Shown here: one piece after another, positions 9,321 through 19,403 of the stretch
Layout: every line of letters starts with the position of its first letter
Position numbering within the stretch: the stretch's first letter is position 1
Program-made: the position numbers and the translations under genes
Notes under the pieces: generated by a model
Databases searched by the model: none
What the model saw: only the letters and a program-made list of their open reading frames with translations
What the model was told of the DNA's origin: nothing
From: Aeropyrum pernix K1
GTDB lineage: Archaea > Thermoproteota > Thermoprotei_A > Sulfolobales > Acidilobaceae
Assembly (NCBI RefSeq): GCF_000011125.1
Contig: NC_000854.2
Coordinates: 1,206,160-1,230,159 of the forward strand
Direction of reading: 5' to 3'
DNA length: 24,000 nucleotides

Positions 9321-9824
9321 CTACCTTTCTCCCGGGGGCTCCACCGCCTTATCACAAGGAATAATCTTCAAAATTTCTTCTAGCGAGCGTTTTCGCTTAG
9401 ACTTTTTATTTAGGCTAGATAGGGAGTACGATTTCAATACCAAGTCTCTTATGACGCAGCACTCGACTCGTCTATATTTCATTCGGGTTAACGTTAATAC
9501 AATCTCACGGAACATCTCGAATCCTCTTTTCTTGACGATTAATGGTAGACGATCCAATTTAGGGATTAGACAATCAGCAAGAGCCTCTAGCCTATCAACC
9601 ACATATAATGTTAGATGTTCTTGACCTGGTTTCGGCATCAACCTGCCACAGCCAAAGTAGTTTTTCACCACGTTTAACACGTCTTTGCTGTCTTGTGTTA
9701 TACTGAACACAGGATCGACGCGCACACGACATCTTAGATCCTCTTGAATTTTTATGCTTACTGAGAGGCTAGCTTCGGCATCTATTATTCCCGCCACATA
9801 TCCCTCCAGTAGACACTGATCCAC
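9321..9824 (-). CDS. LAGLIDADG homing endonuclease encoded in the 23S intron (GTG start; stop in the 3' exon)
   Basis: 167 aa with LAGLIDADG-like motif EGYVAGIIDAEASLSV; GTG start preceded by GAGG. The stop TAG at 9323-9321 is the rRNA exon sequence GG-UAG-C. Confidence 0.85.
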   Translation of the reverse strand: MDQCLLEGYVAGIIDAEASLSVSIKIQEDLRCRVRVDPVFSITQDSKDVLNVVKNYFGCGRLMPKPGQEHLTLYVVDRLEALADCLIPKLDRLPLIVKKRGFEMFREIVLTLTRMKYRRVECCVIRDLVLKSYSLSSLNKKSKRKRSLEEILKIIPCDKAVEPPGER

Positions 9825-9900
9825 TCTAATCTATCCTCAATAAGAAGCCAAGAAACCAAAACCCTAATATATACTGTGACTGGCGGTGGATAACCCCCGT
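9327..9900 (-). other. Archaeal BHB intron in 23S (574 nt; E. coli position about 1927)
   Basis: Minus exon ...GAGTAACCCTGACTCTCTTA | AGGTAGCCAAATGCC... is interrupted. BHB fold: central helix CUCU/GGAG, 3-nt bulges UAA and AAA, then CGGGGG/CCCCCG and CCACCGCC/GGCGGUGG. Confidence 0.93.
9863..9874 (-). promoter_or_regulatory. Candidate intron-internal TATA box for the 23S intron homing endonuclease
   Basis: Minus GTATATATTAGG inside the intron, about 45 nt upstream of the GTG start, in an AT-rich patch between GC-rich rRNA segments. Confidence 0.35.
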
Positions 9901-10755
9901 TAAGAGAGTCAGGGTTACTCCCGGCCTTCAGCGGCGCTTCGCCGGGTTGTACCCCGGTTTCACGGACCGCCAGTGGCCAGGGCTCACCCCCCGTACACAC
10001 CCTTTTCGGGCTAGCGGGGAGCTATGTTTTTGTTAAACAGTCAGGCCCCCCTAGGCACTGCGACCTGCGGTCCCAGGGTTCGAGCCCCAGGACCGCAGGC
10101 ACCCCTTCTCCCGAAGTTACGGGGCCAATTTGCCGAGTTCCCTGGCCCGGGTTAGCCCCCAGACGCCTTGGGCTGCTCACCCAGGGGCACCTGTGTCGGT
10201 TCTCGGTACGGGCGCGGGGGATCCTTCCCCACCCCCTTTTCAAGGGCCCCAGGGGTCGGCGGAACCCGCCATAGGCGGGCCATTCCCCCCTTCGGCCGGT
10301 TCTCGCCGTTACGGCACTCCCCGGCCTTCGGCAGGTTAGCCGGGTCGCCCCCCTAAGGGGGCCCCCGGTCCGCCTACCCCGAGGCGTCGGGGGTGGGGCC
10401 TTGCGTTGCCGCGAAGCGTACCCCCGCGGCACGGGAATGTTAACCCGTTTCCCCTTCCCGGGATCCGTGTTACGGTCCCGGTTAGGACCGGCTGACCCCC
10501 GGCTGACGACCATTGCCGGGGAACCCTTGCCCTTTCCGGCGGCGGGGATTCTCACCCCGCTTCGCTGTTACTACCGCCGGGATCCGCGCTCGGGGCGGCT
10601 CCACCGGACCTCGCGGCCCGGCTTCTACGCCACCCCGACGCCCGCCTACCGCACGCGGCTCCATCGGAGCCGCGGCCCGGGGTCTCGGCGGCCGGCTTAA
10701 GCCCCGACCAATCTTCGGGGCCCCCCGCCTCGGCGGGTGAGCTGTTACGCACTCC

Positions 10756-10957
10756 CTCTCCGGCGGGCACCCCACCCAAAGGGAAATAATAATTAGCATG
10801 ACCAAACTTCGTTAAGAGTCTAAATGCACGCCCTGACTTCTGAGGATGCCTAAATCCTATTAGACTAGTACCTTCTACCCTATCCTGGCATGAACTACAA
10901 AATGTAATACTAAGATTCAGTTAAACCCAGCACCTGGAAGGGTGAGGTAACCCGCCT
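10756..10957 (-). other. Archaeal BHB intron in 23S (202 nt, no ORF; E. coli position about 1085)
   Basis: Expected CUCUAA(A/G)GAGUGCGUAACAGC is split. BHB: CUCU/GGAG central helix, bulges AAA and AGG, then GGCGGG/CCCGCC. The interior is AT-rich relative to the exons. Confidence 0.92.
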
Positions 10958-11630
10958 TTAGAGGATGGCTGCTGTTAGGCCCACCTCCCCGCTGTCTTAG
11001 GCGGGGGACGCCCTTTGGCTTGGCACTTAGCCGGCACTTAGGGGCCTTAACCCCGGTCTGGGTTGTTCCCCTCTCGGCCCCCGGGCTTACCCCGGGGAAC
11101 CCCACTCCCGCCATCTACGGCGGCCGCAGGTTCGGAGTTTGACTGGGCGCCGGGGGCTTTACGCCCCCTGCACGCCCAATCAGTAGCTCTACCCCACGGC
11201 CCGGCCTCCGGCGGGGCTGGCCTGCGAGCCACTTCGGCGGGAACCAGCTATCTTCCGGGCTAGATTGGCCTTTCACCCCTAGACGGGGGTCAGGGGAGCG
11301 ATTTGCACGTCAGCACCCTTGCGGGCCTCCACCGGGGTTTCCCCCGGCTTCGCCCTGCCCCCGCCTAGATCGCCCGGTTTCTGGTCTCACGGCCGTGACT
11401 CCGGGCCCTATTAGGACCCCGCCCCTCGCCGGGGTCGCCCCCGGCTGCGGGCCTGTCGGTTTCCCTGCGCCTACGGGGTTGACCCCCTTAAGCTCGCCAC
11501 GGCCGTGAACTCCCCGGCCCGTGTTTCAAGACGGACGGTGCGACCCCGGTCCATCCCCCTCGTACTCCCCGGTCGCCCGGGTTTCCTTCGGGGGTTTCAC
11601 CCCTTTCGGGCCGCACCGTATGTCGCCGCC

Positions 11631-11709
<79 letters not shown>

Positions 11710-12222
11710 GGACGTATTTAGCCTTGGAAGTCGGTTCCTCCCAGCTTCCCACGGCAATACCAAGCCGTGGTACTCTGCCCTGCGGCACGGGCCCCCACGG
11801 TTTCGCCTACGGGGCTATCACCCTCTACGGCGGGGCATTCCAGCCCACTTCGGCTACCGTGGGTCGGCCCGCCGGGGCTCGAAGCCCCAGCCGCAGGGCC
11901 GCAACCCCTCATCCCCCCACGGTCCTCCCGTGGGGGATTGGTTTGGGCTCTCCCCCTTTCGGTCGCCCCTACTCAGGGGATCCCTGTTGGTTTCTTCTCC
12001 TCCCCCTACTCAGATGCTTCCTTTCGGGGGGTTCCCGCCCCCAAACGGGGGCGCTGCGGGCTCTTCGCCCGCAGCGGGAAGTCCCATTCGGGGATCCCGG
12101 GTTCGACGGCTGCCTGCGCCTACCCCGGGCTTATCGCAGCTTGCCACGCCCTTCCTCGGCGCCCGAGCCGAGCCATCCCCCGGGCGGCATAGGTGCCGTA
12201 GGCCCGCCTGGGCGGGGCCCCT

Positions 12223-12356
12223 AGGGCCCGGCGGCCTGCAGGGTACAGGCGCACCGGCAGCCCCCCAAGGCAGGGAGCGCTGTCTAGGGCGGCTCTGTGC
12301 CCGCACGGGCACCCCGGACCCTCGGCTGCCCCCGCTGGTGGATGGAGGCGGCGCTC
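12223..12356 (-). promoter_or_regulatory. 23S rRNA processing stem, 5' arm (composite, within the 16S-23S spacer)
   Basis: Complementary blocks 12334-12356 (23 nt), 12319-12328 (10), 12291-12297 (7), 12273-12282 (10) and 12223-12237 (15) match 8132..8267 in nested order. Confidence 0.87.
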
Positions 12357-12527
12357 ACAGCAGGGCCCCCGGGGCAAGACTGCGGCACGCGCAGTAGCAC
12401 CCCGGGCTAGCCCCCTCGCGCCCTTCGCCCAGGAGCCCACGGCTCCTGAGCTGCATCCCAAAGGCTAAACACAAGCATAAAGGGCTCTAGGACGGCGCCC
12501 ACACCCCCTCACAGGCCTTTCACGAGC

Positions 12528-12548
12528 CCGCCCCCGGCTGCCGCCTAG
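12528..12548 (-). promoter_or_regulatory. 16S rRNA processing stem, 3' arm
   Basis: Minus CTAGGCGGCAGCCGGGGGCGG pairs with 14779..14800 over 21 bp with one bulged G. Confidence 0.85.
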
Positions 12549-12553
12549 CTTCG

Positions 12554-12612
<59 letters not shown>

Positions 12613-12684
12613 GGGGGAGGGGGTTCGACCCCCTCCCGGCGGAGAGGGCCTCACCCCCTCCCCCCTCGGGTGGAGCGACGGGCA

Positions 12685-12721
<37 letters not shown>

Positions 12722-12976
12722 GATGACGCGCGGTTACTAGGGATTCCACGTTCACGAGGGCGAGTTGCAGCCCTCGATCCCAACTGAGGCGGGGTTTGAG
12801 GGATTGCCTCCCCCTTTCGGGGTCGGCACCCGCTGTCCCCGCCATTGTAGCCCGCGTGCAGCCCGGGGGTTTAGGGGCATGCTGACCTGCCGTTGCCCCC
12901 TCCTTCCTCCGCCTTAGCGGCGGCAGTCCCCCTAGTGTGCCCCCCGGGTCGCCCCGGGGATGGCAACTAGGGGCGG

Positions 12977-13007
<31 letters not shown>

Positions 13008-13125
13008 ACCTCACGGCACGAGCTGGCGACGGCCATGCATCTCCCCTCAGCGCGTCGGGCAAGGCCTTCAGCCTGGCCGTCATCCTGCTGTCGCCCCCGG
13101 TGGAGGTTCCCGGCGTTGACTCCAA

Positions 13126-13878
<753 letters not shown>

Positions 13879-13983
13879 CAGCCTTGCGGCCGTACTCCCC
13901 AGGCGGCGGGCTTAACGGCTTCCCTGCGGCACTGGGCGGGCTCGCACGCCCGCCCAACACCTAGCCCGCATCGTTTACAGCCG

Positions 13984-14048
<65 letters not shown>

Positions 14049-14241
14049 CAGCCGAGCGCCTTCGCCACTGGTGGTCCTCCCGGGATTAATGGATTTCGCC
14101 CCTACCCCGGGAGTACCCTCGGCCTCTCCCGCCCCCTAGCCCGACAGTATCCCCGCCACTCCCCGGGTTGAGCCCGGGGCTTTAGGCGGGGACTTGTCGA
14201 GCCGGCTACGGGCGCTTTAGGCCCAGTAAGCACCCCGACCG

Positions 14242-14278
<37 letters not shown>

Positions 14279-14379
14279 TCTTGCCCCCCGCTTATTCCCC
14301 CGCCTACTTACAGCGGGGAAAAGCCCCCCCAAGGGGGGCACTCGGGGTAGCCCCGTCACGGTTGCCCGCATTGCGGAGT

Positions 14380-14429
<50 letters not shown>

Positions 14430-14430
14430 T

Positions 14431-14463
<33 letters not shown>

Positions 14464-14642
14464 CGTAGGCTTGGCGGGCCATTACCCCGCCAACTACCGT
14501 GATGGGCCGCAGCCCCATCCTCGGGCGGACCGCGGGCGATAACCCCCCGCGGCCCCTTTCGGCGGAGGACCCTTCCAGGCACCCCCCGCCTATCGGGGAT
14601 TAGCCCCAGTTTCCCGAGGGGTTATCCCCGTCCCGAGGGTAG

Positions 14643-14677
<35 letters not shown>

Positions 14678-14778
14678 CGCAGCGGCGGGGCGTTCGACTC
14701 CCATGGCTTAGCCCTACCCCGATAGCGGTCGGGTCCGGCAGGATCAACCGGAGTTACGGCCGCGGCTGGCCGCGACCC

Positions 14779-14800
14779 CTAGGCGGCCAGCCGAGGGCGG
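14779..14800 (-). promoter_or_regulatory. 16S rRNA processing stem, 5' arm
   Basis: Minus CCGCCCTCGGCTGGCCGCCTAG pairs with 12528..12548. Confidence 0.85.
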
Positions 14801-15040
14801 AGAGGCTAGTCGCGGGCCCAGAGGGGGAGGGGGAGCCTCCTGTGGGCTCCCCTGGCGTGGGGCGGCTATAAGGGCCGCCCTCCCCTAAGGGGCGCCGTCC
14901 TAGAGCCCTGTCGAGCCCGAACTTCCCCGGGGTAGTCGCCCGGGGGTGTTCGGGCCCCCACTTAGCCAAGCGTCAAGGGCACCGCCGCTGCTACGAGGCT
15001 TGCGGGGCGGCGGTGCCGAATACTAGTCTAGAGTCCGGAG

Positions 15041-15053
15041 GGTTATAATACTT
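15041..15053 (-). promoter_or_regulatory. Probable rRNA operon promoter (TATA box)
   Basis: Minus AAGTATTATAACC about 25 nt upstream of a predicted transcript start near 15020, in an otherwise GC-rich leader. Confidence 0.65.
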
Positions 15054-15563
15054 ACGGGGGGGTCTTACTCCTGGGTTAACCGGTTCCCACATACGTTTAA
15101 ACGTTAAAAACACTCGGCGGTTCTGGTGTGCCCGCGGCTGGAGGCTGGAGGCTCATCCCTCTAGGAGGCTCTGGAGCCGGGGTTCCACCCCGCGTCGCCC
15201 CCGCGCCGCCGCCGGGAAGCCGCGGGCCCACTCTACAATATACGAGGGGAGGGGTAATTCTGTAACGCTGCAAAACCGGTTTAACCCCCACGCGGTTTTA
15301 AAGTAATGTGGGCGCCGGTGACATTGCTCGAAAGGGCGGAAGCCCTCCCGGCTGCGGGGGGCGGTGTAGAGCCCGCGCAGGGTTGAGGCGCCCCGCAAAG
15401 CGTGGGGGTGGTCTTCTCCTGCTTAAAGCCGCGTCACACTAGTGTTATCCTTTGGGTGTGATGAGGCAGGGACGTGGCGGAGCCCCTCCATGGCCAGTTG
15501 GCCTGCGGGTGGGGCTGGGATCGTAGTTGACGCGTCTGACCCTTCAGCGGTGGGTGTGGGGGG

Positions 15564-16322
15564 ATGGAGTACCAGCTCATGGTGGAGATAGTGGAGAAGT
15601 ATGGTCTGCCGGGTCTTGCCATAGTATCCTTTATAAACAACGCCATACCGGGGCTACCCCCCTTCTACTTAACTGTGATATCTGCTTACGCGGCTGTCAG
15701 CGAGAACTCGCACTGGCTTGCAACGGCCCTGTACGCCGGGCTGGGCGCTGGTATAGGCAAGGTCGCCCTCTTTGCGGCCAGCCTCTACGCATTCTCTAAG
15801 ACCGGCCGCGGCCGCCGCGTCAAACAGTACTCCGCCAAGCTCATGGAGTCTAGGCGGGCTAAGGTGAGCCTCGCTATAGCCATCTTCTTCATAGCACTCC
15901 TCCCAATACCCGACGACATAATCTATATACCCCTTGCAGCCACCTTCTACAACCTCCTGTACTTCTCTATAGCCGTCGTAACCGGGAAGCTCGTCCTAGT
16001 CACGCTGTTCTACGGCGTCGGCAGGGCGTCCAAGGGCCTCATAAGCGCCGTGCTAGACTACCTCCTCCCGGAAGCACCAACAGCAGGGTACCCCCTAGGC
16101 GCCGTGCTAGCGCTAGTCGCAGTCAGCCTAGGCTTCAGCCTAGCTATAGCAGCGGTAGTTCTAGCGATAGACTGGACAAGCGTGTACACAGCATACATAA
16201 ACCAGGGCAGCAGAGCCGCGGCCAAAACCTTCTTCAAAGAGATGGCGCGAGTAGCGTCTAACACAAAAACAGCGGTGAGAGACGCGGTGAGGACGGGAAG
16301 ATCGCTAATCTCGAAAGCCTAG
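15564..16322 (+). CDS. VTT/DedA-like (small multidrug export-like) integral membrane protein
   Basis: 252 aa with multiple TM segments. N-terminal YGLPGLAIVSFINNAIPGLPPFYLTVISAYAA and AIFFIALLPIPDDIIYIPLA resemble VTT-domain re-entrant motifs. Confidence 0.6.
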   Translation: MEYQLMVEIVEKYGLPGLAIVSFINNAIPGLPPFYLTVISAYAAVSENSHWLATALYAGLGAGIGKVALFAASLYAFSKTGRGRRVKQYSAKLMESRRAKVSLAIAIFFIALLPIPDDIIYIPLAATFYNLLYFSIAVVTGKLVLVTLFYGVGRASKGLISAVLDYLLPEAPTAGYPLGAVLALVAVSLGFSLAIAAVVLAIDWTSVYTAYINQGSRAAAKTFFKEMARVASNTKTAVRDAVRTGRSLISKA

Positions 16323-16676
16323 AGACGCCCCACAGCGACCCCTAATTTAAACATCAGATTACAACCGGCTCGACACCCCCCATGATGCACGCCAGTCCTG
16401 AAAAATTTCTAGCATAGCTGTGTGGAAGAAGCATTCACCTCGTAGGGGTATTCTAAAGCCCCCGCGTGGCTGGCGGAAGACTGGGTCAAGATCTTAAAAC
16501 CCGCCTCTATGGAGATTATCGTAGAAAAGACTCGGGATGGAGAGTGGCGGTAGGAAGGTCACGCAGATAACCCTGCCAACGGCTAAACCATTGGTAGGGG
16601 GCTGTGAAGAGGATAGCGGACCCCGACGGGGGCTCTAACCCCCCCAGAATGGGGAGGGATCAACCACCGGAGCCCC

Positions 16677-17897
16677 CTATCTGAGGAGTATTATCCTTTC
16701 GCTCGAGAACTCCCGTGCGGCCGCTGCTATGAAGAGGGCTGTGAAGCCGGTTAACACGGCCATGTGGATTGTCGTGGCTGCGAGGTCGCCTACAGAGGCT
16801 TTTATGACGGCAAGGCTTGCGTGGGTAAAGGGTATTGCCTGAAGCAGTATTGAGAGCCAGGCTGGAAGGCGCGAATAGTCGACTACTAGGGCTGAAAAAT
16901 ATATGGCCAGGGCTACCATTAGCACAATAAACGAGCCGCTCTGCGCCGACCTTATGGTCTCGCTCCTGGCGCTTATGAAGGCCGTGATACCCGCCGTCAG
17001 TATGACTAGGAGGGCTGAGGAGGCAGCCCATGATGCCACAAGAAGAGGGCTCAGAAGCAGGCTGAAGCCCGAGAGGGTGAAGAAAGCGACTAGCGCCAGG
17101 CTGTCGGCCGCAGCCGCCGCCAGGCCAAGAGCGGCGGCTGCGGCGACCTTGCCCACAAGTATCTCAAGCCTCGAAGCACCAGTCAGCAGCAGCTTCTCCA
17201 GAGTCCTCCTCTCCCTCTCCCCGACTATAGAGTCGGAGACGAAGACTATGGCGGGGTTAACCACGAAGAAGAGGCTGAAGGCCACAACCCTAGCGCTCAT
17301 AGCAACCGCCTCCCCCCGGGCGCCCGCGGCGCCTCCCCCAAACCCTATGTACTCCCTCTCAACCTCCAGCGGGTCCAGGAGCCTCTCCACATCAACCTCT
17401 ACACCAGCAGCCTCTGCAAGCCTGGAAACCCTACTCTCCACAACCGCCTCCTCGAACAGGGAAGCATAGCCCTCTACAAGAGATGCCACCTGGCCTGCAA
17501 GGGGGCTGCCCGGGGTAACTACCAGCCTTATAGACACCCTCCCATCGAGGTCCTCGAGCCCCCTGGAGAAGCCTTCCGGGATCACAACTGCTATAGAACC
17601 AAAGGGAGTGTCAAAGCCCTCCACACCACTCAGAATCTCCACATTAACAGCCACGCCCGGCAAACCACTCTCCAGATACTCCGCCAGCCCCTCCGCGAAG
17701 AGGCTAGAGATCTCAGAGCCGTCCTCGTCTACAATGTAGACGTCCATAGACTGGGCCGAATAGAGGCCCCCCGAGAAGATTGCGAGCCCCGGGAGGGCCA
17801 CCAGGGGGAGGACCACCACGTACGCCAGGGTCTTGTAGTCCCTGGATAGGTCTAGCAGCTCCTTCCAGAGTATAGCCTTGACAGCCCAGAGCCTCAA
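16677..17897 (-). CDS. ABC-2 type exporter permease
   Basis: 406 aa: N-terminal TM, large extracytoplasmic domain, VSDSIVGERERRTLEKLLLTGASRLEILVGKV, C-terminal TM block. Its start overlaps the ATPase stop. Confidence 0.85.
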   Translation of the reverse strand: MRLWAVKAILWKELLDLSRDYKTLAYVVVLPLVALPGLAIFSGGLYSAQSMDVYIVDEDGSEISSLFAEGLAEYLESGLPGVAVNVEILSGVEGFDTPFGSIAVVIPEGFSRGLEDLDGRVSIRLVVTPGSPLAGQVASLVEGYASLFEEAVVESRVSRLAEAAGVEVDVERLLDPLEVEREYIGFGGGAAGARGEAVAMSARVVAFSLFFVVNPAIVFVSDSIVGERERRTLEKLLLTGASRLEILVGKVAAAAALGLAAAAADSLALVAFFTLSGFSLLLSPLLVASWAASSALLVILTAGITAFISARSETIRSAQSGSFIVLMVALAIYFSALVVDYSRLPAWLSILLQAIPFTHASLAVIKASVGDLAATTIHMAVLTGFTALFIAAAAREFSSERIILLR

Positions 17898-18661
17898 CAG
17901 CCGCCCCCCGTCACTATGTTAACGAAAGCGTCCTCCAACGTTTCACCACAATACTCTTCCACAAGCCTGTATGGAGGGCCGCTGGCGACGGTTGAGCCGC
18001 CGTGGATTATAGTCACCCTATCCGCAATCTCCTCGGCCAGCGCCAGGTCGTGGGTGGTGACAAGTATGGCCCTGCCCTCTCGCGAGAGGCCCCTCAGAAT
18101 CTTCTTTATCCTGTTAGACGCTATCGGATCCACGCCCGAGGTGGGCTCGTCCAGCACAACAAGCCTGGGCTTTGACATGAGTGTTATGCCGAGCAGTAGC
18201 CTCCGCTTCATACCCTTACTATACCCCCCGGCCCGCCTAGCCAGGTCCTCTCGCGAGAGGCCGCTGTAAAACACCGCGTTCTCCACAAGCTCCTCCACAT
18301 CACGCCAGCCCGAGTAGAGCCTCGCGTAGAAGAGTATGTTCTCCATGCCAGTCAGCCTCTCATAAACCGAAGCGTCCTCCGGCAGATAGCCCACCTCACC
18401 CTTTACACGCTCAAACCCCCCGCCCCAAGGGTCAACACCCAGCACCCTCGCCTCACCGGAGTCACGGGATAGAAGGCCCACCAGCACCCTCAGGCTCGTC
18501 GTCTTCCCAGCGCCGTTAAGGCCCGCGAGAACATGGATCTCGCCAAATTTTACGGAAAGCGAAACGCCCCTGAGAACAGGCCTCCCCTTAACACTCTTAG
18601 CAACACCGCAGAGGCAGGCAGCATAGCCGCCCTCTAGACAGGCGCAACTATTCTTGTCCAC
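17894..18661 (-). CDS. ABC transporter ATP-binding protein (ORF open to 18724; likely GTG start near 18661)
   Basis: Walker A GLNGAGKTT, YSKGMKRRLLLGITLMSKPRLVVLDEPTSGVDP. Confidence 0.9.
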   Translation of the reverse strand: MDKNSCACLEGGYAACLCGVAKSVKGRPVLRGVSLSVKFGEIHVLAGLNGAGKTTSLRVLVGLLSRDSGEARVLGVDPWGGGFERVKGEVGYLPEDASVYERLTGMENILFYARLYSGWRDVEELVENAVFYSGLSREDLARRAGGYSKGMKRRLLLGITLMSKPRLVVLDEPTSGVDPIASNRIKKILRGLSREGRAILVTTHDLALAEEIADRVTIIHGGSTVASGPPYRLVEEYCGETLEDAFVNIVTGGGC

Positions 18662-19403
18662 CGGAACCCTATCCCCCCAGGAAGCCCTGGATACGCTATT
18701 ATACTCGAAAACCCATAATAACACAACAGGCCAGCCCCCGGCTTCGGCGAGGTGCCCCTACACCTTGGAGAGCCTCAGAGGCTTCTTGGAGCGGTACGGC
18801 GAGAAGGGTTACATCGTGCTAAAGGCTATTCTAGAGGAGTCGCAATCACCGGGTAGGGGGCCGAAGCCGGGGGACTTCAGCTTCCGGGGCCTCAGGGCGA
18901 GAATCGCCAGCTACGGCCTCGAGTACAACCCCAGCCTCCTGCTGGCAAGGCTCGAGAGGGAGTATGGCGTAATAGAAACCAGCTTCAGGTCCTCAAACCA
19001 GCACTGGTGGAGGATAAGGGATAGGAGGAGTGTGGAGAAGGCGGTAAGGGAGTATGAGGGTGCCGAGGAGGAGCCCCTAGACCCCAGGGTGAGAGTCCTT
19101 AGGATCCAGTTCTGGAGTCTCGAGCCCGAGAGGCTGCTTAAGAGGCTGAGGAGGCTCTCCAGCCTGAGGAGCCAGACGCCGAGGGACAGGCGGGCCATTA
19201 GGGAGATAGCGTTCGAAATACTACCCCTGCTGGCAAGGTTCCTCGAGGAGGCCTATAACTATGAGGAGCAGCTTGAGAGGGAGATAATGCTGGCCGAGGA
19301 GATACTGTCCGAGGCAGAGAAGGCCCTAGCATCCCCTTCCCAACCCAAGGCCAGGCTACTGGGTGAGGACGCCAGAATCGGCGGCGCTAGAGAGCCTGTC
19401 TAG
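18654..19403 (+). CDS. Hypothetical protein, charged helical C-terminus (true start may be downstream, e.g. TTG at 18765)
   Basis: 249-aa ORF. The winged-helix-like N-terminal part (YTLESLRGFLERYGEKGYIVLKAILEE...ARLEREYGVIETSFRSSNQHWWRI) and coiled-coil-like C-terminus look like real protein. Confidence 0.6.
   Translation: MSTGTLSPQEALDTLLYSKTHNNTTGQPPASARCPYTLESLRGFLERYGEKGYIVLKAILEESQSPGRGPKPGDFSFRGLRARIASYGLEYNPSLLLARLEREYGVIETSFRSSNQHWWRIRDRRSVEKAVREYEGAEEEPLDPRVRVLRIQFWSLEPERLLKRLRRLSSLRSQTPRDRRAIREIAFEILPLLARFLEEAYNYEEQLEREIMLAEEILSEAEKALASPSQPKARLLGEDARIGGAREPV

Noticed and set aside
12240-12550. Search for a tRNA gene in the 16S-23S spacer
   Set aside because: No tRNA-like T-loop or acceptor arrangement seen. 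The sequence is better explained by processing-stem arms and local hairpins; crenarchaeal spacers commonly lack tRNA.
15097-15398. Minus-strand ORFs of 64 and 81 aa upstream of the rRNA promoter
   Set aside because: Low-complexity Pro/Arg/Gly composition in the promoter-upstream region; no coding signal visible.
15458-15539. Possible C/D box sRNA: gtgatga (15458) and ctga (15536)
   Set aside because: Boxes are further apart than typical for archaeal sRNAs, internal D'/C' boxes are not convincing and the terminal stem is weak.
16382-16400. Possible C/D-like pair catgatgc ... cctga in the convergent spacer
   Set aside because: Imperfect C box and too short between boxes to be a normal C/D sRNA.
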